Positions 57,096 to 64,000 of a stretch of 64,000 bases of DNA are shown one piece after another. The position numbers were made by a program, and so were the translations under genes. Positions within the stretch are counted from its first letter, which is position 1; each line of letters starts with the position of its first letter. This DNA comes from a virus (lineage: Duplodnaviria > Caudoviricetes), in IMG/VR virus record IMGVR_UViG_3300025098_005131; one strand, 5' to 3'. The notes below the pieces were generated by a model. It made no database searches, was not told where the DNA came from, and saw nothing but the letters and a program-made list of their open reading frames with translations.

Positions 57096-57250
57096 TATAT
57101 TTATCTACTTTTCCTTCTTGCTAATGAAAGTGTGAAAACCTAGCAAGTCAAACGGCATTATGACACTTCTTATACACTGACACACTTCTTCTTCGCTTTA
57201 TATATAAGACGCATCAATAGATAAATATAACGTAATACTTCTATATATTA

Positions 57251-57778
57251 CTAGCTTTTCTTAACTTTGTAATATTTTTCTTTAGATATTGTCGGACTAA
57301 AAAAAGCCAAACGATTCCCTTCAGGGTCTGTTATGTGGAACGAAGCATCTCCCCAAGGATTTTCTATTAACTCACCAATTTGAATATTCTTTTTTTGCAT
57401 TTTTTCGTAAAGCTTATAAACATCACTTACTTTGACTGATAATGATACGTTGCCATAAAAAGCTTTATTTGAATAGTTTCTTGGACCTTTAGAAAAAAGC
57501 TCAATAAGATTGCCTCCTACATTTATTTGTGTCCCATCGCCATCACTATATCTCCAATACCTAACAACAGGAAACTCGAGTATCTTATTATAAAACCTAA
57601 CCATTTCTTGCATGTTTTTAACATAGATATGCACTCTTACTTCTTTTGAATACGCATTCCAGCTTTTGCCTAAATCAATACCAATTTCTTTTGCTAATTG
57701 AATTTCTGATTTTGAAGGTGAAGTATTAATACTTTTTCTTTTATTTTCTTTTTTTTGGTATTGATTTAAAAATGGCAT
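57251..57778 (-). CDS. VOC/glyoxalase-bleomycin resistance family protein
   Basis: Start set to ATG 57778. HIYVKNMQEMVRFY, IELF, ENPWGDASFHITDPEGNRLAF. Confidence 0.85.
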   Translation of the reverse strand: MPFLNQYQKKENKRKSINTSPSKSEIQLAKEIGIDLGKSWNAYSKEVRVHIYVKNMQEMVRFYNKILEFPVVRYWRYSDGDGTQINVGGNLIELFSKGPRNYSNKAFYGNVSLSVKVSDVYKLYEKMQKKNIQIGELIENPWGDASFHITDPEGNRLAFFSPTISKEKYYKVKKS

Positions 57779-57780
57779 AA

Positions 57781-58158
57781 TTAACTTTCTTTCTTTGCGC
57801 CGCCTAAAGGATAACTTTTCCAAGCAAACTTTTCTCGTTTTTCAATATAATCCTCAAATTCATCGCAGTTCCAAGCTTCTTGCTCAAACCTTATGGAAAG
57901 GTAAGATTCACGCGAAAACCCTTTTCTGCTTAAAACTGCAGCCCATAAATAATCAAATAGATAAACAAGTAAAAACCCAATAAACCAAAGTTCTCTATAT
58001 TGTAAATAGTGTATTGTTTCATGCCTCTTCGTCTGTTCAGCAAGCTCTCCTCGACAAAAAACCCATGGGCCTAAAGTTATTGCCCATATGTCAATAGGCG
58101 CAAATTTGCTTAATATTGCAGGCAACCTGCTGTTTTCGTAAAACTTTGGATATTTCAT
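57781..58158 (-). CDS. HExxH zincin-like hypothetical protein
   Basis: TKRHETIHYLQYRE...FEQEAW. Confidence 0.65.
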   Translation of the reverse strand: MKYPKFYENSRLPAILSKFAPIDIWAITLGPWVFCRGELAEQTKRHETIHYLQYRELWFIGFLLVYLFDYLWAAVLSRKGFSRESYLSIRFEQEAWNCDEFEDYIEKREKFAWKSYPLGGAKKES

Positions 58159-58178
58159 TATTACTTTAATTTTTCTTG

Positions 58179-58565
58179 TTAAGGCATTCTATCTAGGCTG
58201 TCATCAAAAGGCATGGTTTCATTAGCTGTATCTTCGCCAGGTGCAGGTCTTCCACCGCGTGAAGCATAGTATTCTTCTTCTTCTTCGTCATATGAAGTGT
58301 AATCATAATCATCTTCACGGTCTAAGCCTTCTGGCGGTATTGGAGAGTTTTCGTAAGGATTAAACTCACCCATATCATCCATACCATGCATTCTATCGAT
58401 CATATTCCTGTCGCTCTCAAGATCTTCATCCTCTACAGGAGATCGATCAGAAGCATTAACCTCTTCTTCTTCATCTACAACCATTCCGTCTGGGTCAATG
58501 CCTTCAGGTCCTTCTTTTAAAAATCTTCTCCAAGTTTCCATTATGAGCTTAGTGTTGTTTTTCAT
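58179..58565 (-). CDS. Acidic hypothetical protein with a head-protein-like N-terminus
   Basis: MKNNTKLIMETWRRFLKEG followed by a D/E-rich disordered chain. Confidence 0.65.
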   Translation of the reverse strand: MKNNTKLIMETWRRFLKEGPEGIDPDGMVVDEEEEVNASDRSPVEDEDLESDRNMIDRMHGMDDMGEFNPYENSPIPPEGLDREDDYDYTSYDEEEEEYYASRGGRPAPGEDTANETMPFDDSLDRMP

Positions 58566-58609
58566 TATATTTCCTTTTTTATAAGTATAGTTTATAATTA
58601 TAATGCAAC

Positions 58610-58617
58610 TATAAATA
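58610..58617 (+). promoter_or_regulatory. T4-type late promoter TATAAATA
   Basis: Exact consensus 18 nt upstream of ATG 58636. Confidence 0.55.
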
Positions 58618-58635
58618 TTATCTTAAGGTTATAAA

Positions 58636-61600
58636 ATGACAAAATATTCTTTAAAACAAGTTTTTTATAAAAATAGTGCTTTATTAAATGAAATGGCACT
58701 AATAACACCTAAAAACTTTTTAGAAAAAGTAATAAAACTCTGCAAAGAAAAACCTCAATTAATTGGCGATCCTACAATAAGTTCTGTAGAAGAAGCTTTC
58801 GACAAAATAGATGATAATTTATATAAAAAAAGAAAATATTTGACAGCGATGCAAACAAATGAGTTTTTATATAAATTAAAAGCTGAATATGAGTCAAAAG
58901 AGAAAGATAGACAAAAAAGTGTTGATATTAGAAAAAGTAAAGGTATTAAAGTAAACGAAAAAGACTTAACACCAATTACACTATCTGAGAAAGAAAAGGA
59001 ATATCAACTTGAACTTTACGAGGCAACTTCTGTAAAAGAGAAAAACATTGCTTTAGAAATTATAAAAATAGTACATGTAACAAAACTGCTAGAGCTTAAA
59101 GGAAAAGAAAACAAAAGCAAACTCAAAGAAGCAGAAGAAATTTTAATTAAACAGCTTAGGAAACATAAAAATTCTGACGGTGAGTTTATCGAATTTAAAA
59201 AAGTTCTTCCAATGTTTGACAGCATAATACAATATATTGAAAAATCTGTTGACGTAGATATTGATACTTGTATTAAAGCTGCTGATCTTTATATGCGTGT
59301 TTATTATGACATTGCAAGAAAAGAAGAAAAAGATGAGATCGAAAAGGGAAACTTTGACTTTAATATCATAATGAAAAGAATGACATTTGCAAAAGGCTAT
59401 AAAAAGATAGCTGCAGTTGGGAAAATGTTGTCTGAATCATTGTTAAAAGTATATGAAGACGATGATATGTTAATTGTTTATCCAACAAATTACAAAGCAT
59501 TCAAACATATGCTTGGAAGTGTATTAGGAGCGAGCGAATTAACTTGGTGCACGTATAGAAGCGAATCAACTTGGAGCAGTTATAATTCAAGTCAGTATGT
59601 AGCAGTTGCCCATTCAAAAAAAGATGGCTTTGGCGAAGACGCTTATGCAATTAGCCTTAAAGTACGAAAAGACGGAACCATTGATGTAGAAGGAACTTGC
59701 GACTTTCACAATAATCACGTTGATGACGAATTTCTGGATGAATACATAACAAATGAAATGAAAACAGAAATTTCAAATCTGCCAGAACAAGTTAGCTTGC
59801 AATCAAACATTTCTGAGATTGAAGATAATGTAATAGGACTTAGTAAACTTAACGATGTCAACGAATTAAAAAATTGTTTTTCACAATCACTCGCATTCTC
59901 AGGTGTTGAACAGACTATGGGATTATATGAGTTAATGTGCACAGAAACACAGCTCTCTAAAGAAGATGCAGCTGAAGTAATTGTTGATAGTGTAGCTTAT
60001 TATATATTTGATAATTTAGACGCTGAGACGCTGTATTTTACTGACTTTTTCCTTACTCAGGGCATGTATCCTAGAGAAGAAATTTATAATAATTTAAAAA
60101 ATAAAATACTAAATCAAAGATCTCACCCAAGATATTTTAATGCTTTTGCAGAAATTCAAAAAAAAACGACGTCTGTTTATAGTTTTAAGCAACTCAACTT
60201 TAATGAGTTTAAAAGTGCCTTAGGCATTGCATGTAATACAAACAACGCAAATAACTTAAAAAGAATAATAAAGCTAGCGCTAGATAGTGATGAGTACAGT
60301 TCATATTTAAATCCCTATAAAGTTCAAAATAAATCAGCAGGTCTTACAAAGCAAAACATAGAAATATATGACATGATAATGAAATCGCAAGGAATAAAAT
60401 CTTACATTTCAGAATTTGGAACGAATTCACTAAATAAAATTACAGGAGGTTTATCCTCTGGGAGATCGTTTAGACCTGATGTATTTATCTCACATTTAAT
60501 TTTTAGATATCCTGAGATATTTGTTAATAATCTACAAGAAAAAAGTGAAGACTCAAGTGAAGATTTAATAGTAAGTATCGATTTAAGTCTTGTGACAAGA
60601 TATATTATTAAAGATGCAAGTGCAAAGCCAAGTGAATACCTAAGCGAAGAAAGCAACGACGAAAGAAGATTTTTAAGTCTTGACAAAAATGCTTATCAAG
60701 AAATAAAAGAAAATGTATTAACAGAATACAAAACTTTTAGACTAATAAAAGACTATTTAGGAAGTAGAGATGCTTATGTGCTATACAGACTAATTGGTAG
60801 CAATATCGAAAAAGGTAATCCACTTAATGTGTCTTATAATCAAGATGAATTTGACATATTTAATGATTTAACTTCGTACAAAGACGTTTTTAAAAGTAAT
60901 GACTATTTTGCAAACTTTATAACATTCTTAAGTGCATACAAGAAAAACGCTACTGACTTAAACACAAAAACTCTAAAAAATATTGCTGATCATATTGATA
61001 GATCATATAACAATGATGAATTAGCAGACACAGCGACTTGTCAATCGTTTTTTGAAACAGTTATATTAGACAACGCAACGAGAGACTTTGACTTTGAATA
61101 TGCATATGAAATATTTAAAACTTTGCCTGATAGTTTGAGAGCGTTTATTATTACTAAAACTTTTCATAAAGCTCGTATAAGTATTCTGCGAGGCAAAAGA
61201 AATATTGATAACGTTATAAACCATATTCAAAATAAATCTAAAATATTTGTAAAGTCATCAAACTTTATTGACAATTACTATTCTTTGCATAGACTTCAAA
61301 TACCAAAATTTACGTTTTTAATATTGACATTTTTAGATTTTATACCTATGGAAAAAAGAAAAGTTTATTTTAGTCAATTTGTAGAACAATTATTTTCTAG
61401 AGACAACACCAACTATGAATCAACACATGAAAGAAGTTTAGCAACAAACGCAATTCAAAAGATTGATATGGAAATAATAGGAAGTGATGAAACAATAAAT
61501 GCCTTGAGGAAAAAAATAAATCATGTTATAAGTCATTACGGAAAAGTGGAGTTACATACACTCTTTACAAATAGTTTAATTAATATATTCACTCAGAATA

Positions 61601-62004
61601 ACAAAGCTTTTCCTAAAGATATTATGCAAAAAATCGCTACATTATCTACAGGTCAAAACTACAATTCAGCTAACGGTATAAAAAACTTCTTTAAAAACTT
61701 TATCGGTATATCTGAAGATGGTAGTAATAGTTTATACGGTAAAGAGCTCACAATTGTAAGAGAAACGCTTAAAGAATTGTTTAGAGATAGAAAATTCAAC
61801 AGTAATAGTAGTATGTTTGGCACTCGATATTCAAAAGAAATAGCTTTTGAAATTGTCCAGAAAATGGGCAAGCATGCAAGAATGCACATGGGAATGGCTT
61901 TTCCTGATGAAGCATCAAACTTAAGCGCAAATACACCAGAAGAAGAAGCAGAGTTACAAATGGACTCACTTATTAGACAATACGTCAAAATGCTGTTATC
62001 TTAA
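58636..62004 (+). CDS. Large hypothetical protein (probable virion-internal protein)
   Basis: 1122 aa; LLNE N-terminal motif, LIVYP...TWCTYR...WSSY segment, C-terminal LIRQYVKMLL; late promoter upstream. Confidence 0.7.
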   Translation: MTKYSLKQVFYKNSALLNEMALITPKNFLEKVIKLCKEKPQLIGDPTISSVEEAFDKIDDNLYKKRKYLTAMQTNEFLYKLKAEYESKEKDRQKSVDIRKSKGIKVNEKDLTPITLSEKEKEYQLELYEATSVKEKNIALEIIKIVHVTKLLELKGKENKSKLKEAEEILIKQLRKHKNSDGEFIEFKKVLPMFDSIIQYIEKSVDVDIDTCIKAADLYMRVYYDIARKEEKDEIEKGNFDFNIIMKRMTFAKGYKKIAAVGKMLSESLLKVYEDDDMLIVYPTNYKAFKHMLGSVLGASELTWCTYRSESTWSSYNSSQYVAVAHSKKDGFGEDAYAISLKVRKDGTIDVEGTCDFHNNHVDDEFLDEYITNEMKTEISNLPEQVSLQSNISEIEDNVIGLSKLNDVNELKNCFSQSLAFSGVEQTMGLYELMCTETQLSKEDAAEVIVDSVAYYIFDNLDAETLYFTDFFLTQGMYPREEIYNNLKNKILNQRSHPRYFNAFAEIQKKTTSVYSFKQLNFNEFKSALGIACNTNNANNLKRIIKLALDSDEYSSYLNPYKVQNKSAGLTKQNIEIYDMIMKSQGIKSYISEFGTNSLNKITGGLSSGRSFRPDVFISHLIFRYPEIFVNNLQEKSEDSSEDLIVSIDLSLVTRYIIKDASAKPSEYLSEESNDERRFLSLDKNAYQEIKENVLTEYKTFRLIKDYLGSRDAYVLYRLIGSNIEKGNPLNVSYNQDEFDIFNDLTSYKDVFKSNDYFANFITFLSAYKKNATDLNTKTLKNIADHIDRSYNNDELADTATCQSFFETVILDNATRDFDFEYAYEIFKTLPDSLRAFIITKTFHKARISILRGKRNIDNVINHIQNKSKIFVKSSNFIDNYYSLHRLQIPKFTFLILTFLDFIPMEKRKVYFSQFVEQLFSRDNTNYESTHERSLATNAIQKIDMEIIGSDETINALRKKINHVISHYGKVELHTLFTNSLINIFTQNNKAFPKDIMQKIATLSTGQNYNSANGIKNFFKNFIGISEDGSNSLYGKELTIVRETLKELFRDRKFNSNSSMFGTRYSKEIAFEIVQKMGKHARMHMGMAFPDEASNLSANTPEEEAELQMDSLIRQYVKMLLS

Positions 62005-62093
62005 TGATCACTGTTTTAACTTTTTAGCCTAACACACTTATTCATATTAGCTTCTAAAAAAGTCAAAACTAACGTTACTTCTCCAAGCAAATA

Positions 62094-62118
62094 CAAAAAA
62101 ACCAGCATAAGCTGGTTT
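62094..62118 (-). terminator. Rho-independent terminator of the capsid gene
   Basis: AAACCAGC-TTAT-GCTGGTTT followed by a U-run on the minus strand. Confidence 0.75.
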
Positions 62119-62154
62119 ATCGTCACCCTAAGGTGTCAACCACTAGAACTTATC

Positions 62155-63999
62155 TTAGATAATGTTCATGTCGAGGCATGTAACTGATCCGTAGAAGTCA
62201 GCGCGAACCATCTTCTTACCGTAACGAGTCATCACGCCCTTACGTGGTGTGAAGTCCTCAGGCTGGAAGATTGTAGGAGTAACGATCAATGGAACATACG
62301 GAGCGTAAACGAAACCAGTCTCTAGGTAAGAACCACCCTTGTAACCAACAAGGATCTTGTTGCGTGGGAAGTATGGGTCTTTGTAAACTGTGAAGCGGTT
62401 AGAAAGAGTACCAACCTTCTCAGCGCCCATTGTGAAAGGAGCACCAACTTGTCCGTCACCGTCAATGCTATAGCTAGGACGATAAAGAACTGAAGCCTCA
62501 AGAATTGTTGCAACATCAGGAGAAACTACGATAAAGTTTGCAGAACCACGTAGAGTCTTACGGTGAATCTCATTAGCAACGTCAATAACTGTCTCAGTCA
62601 AAGTCTCATACCACTCACGAACTGTACCAGTGAAAGCTGGTCCAGGGTTAAGTGTTGATGTACGAGCAACCTCTGCACCAGTACGCTTGTTAACAAATTT
62701 ACCAGGTGAACGACTCCAGAAGAAGTTAGCACCCTTAGCACCTGTTAGAAGATCACCAAGAATCTCGCGATCAATCTCTAGAGCAATTTGCTCAGAAAGA
62801 ATCTGAGTAAGCTCTACCTCAGCATCCATTGAGTGGTATGCGTTAAGGTCTTGAGCAAGCTCAGGGCTCCAACGTGCACGTAACTTACGTGTTTGTGCAG
62901 TTACAGGAATCGACTCAATCTTAATATCAATCTCTGGGATTGTAGGTGTACCGTCAGTGGTGAAGTCTGCCTCAAATGCTGGAGCACCAGCAACCTCACC
63001 AAAGCCTTGAGCTGTAGCCATTGACGCGCCGTCAGCCTTAACAAAAGAAACTGTTACAGCAGAAAGATCTTCTGCAGCAAGTGTTGCTGCACCGTTAGTT
63101 CTTATTACAAAGCGAATTGCTGCATTTGCTGCTGTAAGATCTTGATCAACGTCTGCAACAAACTTACCTGTAGCGACATCAAACGTACCTAGCTGGTTTA
63201 GTCTTCTTACATTTAATAAAGAACCTTGCTGAACTGCTCCTGCTACTACTTTAAGTTTGCCACCATCTCCTGCTAAGTGTAATGCAACGTCTTTAATTGC
63301 TGTCTTATCAAGACCCTCAGAAGAAAATGGATTTGTAGTTGCATTATCAATACGTAAAGAGTTTAATGTGAGGTGTAAAAGTGAATATTTGTCAGCAATT
63401 GATGCGTCTGCAATTCTTTCAATAAGTTGTGAATCAAATTGCAAAGCTTTAAGGTCAGCAAGTGATGTAGTATTTAAAGAATTAACACCAGTTAAAGGGG
63501 CCTCTGCGTCTGCGTTATACGAACCTAATTGTGCATCAGCGATAGTAAATCTATTATTAACATCACCGGCTGCTGCCTGTCCTAGCTTAGCAGCAACTTT
63601 AGGATCTTGTCCATCTAGAACTGTAATGTGGCGACGTGAAAAACCACTACCAGCAAGGTCATATTGACCGCCAACAGCATCGGCGCCGTCTTGGATTTTT
63701 CTACCTGCGGGAGATCCGTAAATAGACTCACCAGCCTTGTAACCACCTTGGTCACTGCCGTATGTGTAGTCTAGATAAAAGAGAAGACCACTTGGAAGAC
63801 TCATAGGTTGAATTGAAACTAGCTCGTTTGCTACGAGACCACCGAAAACACGGCGAACAATTGGGAATGCGATGTTAGTGAAACCACCAACGTCACCGCT
63901 ACCCATTGAGTTACTCTCGCGAAGAGCTTGTGCTGCCTGGTTCTCAAGAAGAGTAGCCATATTCTCACGATTTACTTCTTCCATACCGCGAAGAAGACC
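62155..63999 (-). CDS. Major capsid protein (T4 gp23-like), 5'-truncated
   Basis: The frame is open to the edge (GLLRGMEEVNRENMA). FPIVRRVFGGLVANELVSIQPMSLPSGLLFYLDY, TRKLRARWSPELAQDLNAYH, YAPYVPL, PRKGVMTRYGK. Confidence 0.97.
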   Translation of the reverse strand, partial: GLLRGMEEVNRENMATLLENQAAQALRESNSMGSGDVGGFTNIAFPIVRRVFGGLVANELVSIQPMSLPSGLLFYLDYTYGSDQGGYKAGESIYGSPAGRKIQDGADAVGGQYDLAGSGFSRRHITVLDGQDPKVAAKLGQAAAGDVNNRFTIADAQLGSYNADAEAPLTGVNSLNTTSLADLKALQFDSQLIERIADASIADKYSLLHLTLNSLRIDNATTNPFSSEGLDKTAIKDVALHLAGDGGKLKVVAGAVQQGSLLNVRRLNQLGTFDVATGKFVADVDQDLTAANAAIRFVIRTNGAATLAAEDLSAVTVSFVKADGASMATAQGFGEVAGAPAFEADFTTDGTPTIPEIDIKIESIPVTAQTRKLRARWSPELAQDLNAYHSMDAEVELTQILSEQIALEIDREILGDLLTGAKGANFFWSRSPGKFVNKRTGAEVARTSTLNPGPAFTGTVREWYETLTETVIDVANEIHRKTLRGSANFIVVSPDVATILEASVLYRPSYSIDGDGQVGAPFTMGAEKVGTLSNRFTVYKDPYFPRNKILVGYKGGSYLETGFVYAPYVPLIVTPTIFQPEDFTPRKGVMTRYGKKMVRADFYGSVTCLDMNII

Positions 64000-64000
64000 A

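Noticed and set aside
57096-57250. Tiny ORFs in the intergenic gap (MRLIYKAKKKCVSV, MPFDLLGFHTFISKKEK)
   Set aside because: Too short, with no supporting evidence.
62322-63667. Alternative ORFs inside the capsid gene
   Set aside because: Codon-bias shadows of a highly expressed gene.
1-64000. Genome-wide stop-codon reassignment, tRNAs, introns, inteins
   Set aside because: Long conserved genes are intact in code 11, TGA and TAG end genes at tight junctions, and RNR, RecA and helicase have normal lengths. No cloverleaf was spotted by eye; tRNAscan was not run.

Overview
A 64 kb, visibly AT-rich slice of a large lytic myophage (jumbo/huge-phage type, T4-like architecture). It uses the standard genetic code and is almost entirely on the minus strand. 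From right to left: (i) a gp23-like major capsid gene running off the right edge; (ii) accessory genes (a 1122-aa plus-strand protein, VOC/glyoxalase, GIY-YIG nuclease, an acidic repeat lipoprotein, a putative holin/spanin-like trio); (iii) two paralogous fibre/decoration-like genes behind a structured RNA leader; (iv) neck gp13/gp14/gp15, three tail-sheath paralogues around one tail-tube gene, a tail chaperone with a probable +1 frameshift, tape measure, baseplate genes and an M15 peptidase; (v) a minimal family-A polymerase with a catalytically dead HD protein; (vi) SSB, RecA/UvsX, 5'-3' exonuclease, DnaB-like helicase, dUTPase, class Ia RNR, thioredoxin, ClpP, amidase endolysin and ThyX; (vii) a cluster that looks like a pyrimidine-modification pathway (a second, divergent ThyX with Ser->Cys, an all-alpha NTP pyrophosphatase, an NDT-family N-glycosidase, Fpg with an ATT start, an SDR epimerase); (viii) a zinc-ribbon endonuclease and a TadG-vWA pilus-type protein. 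I found no tRNA, rRNA, CRISPR array, intron or intein. All family calls come from motif recognition by eye; no database search was run.
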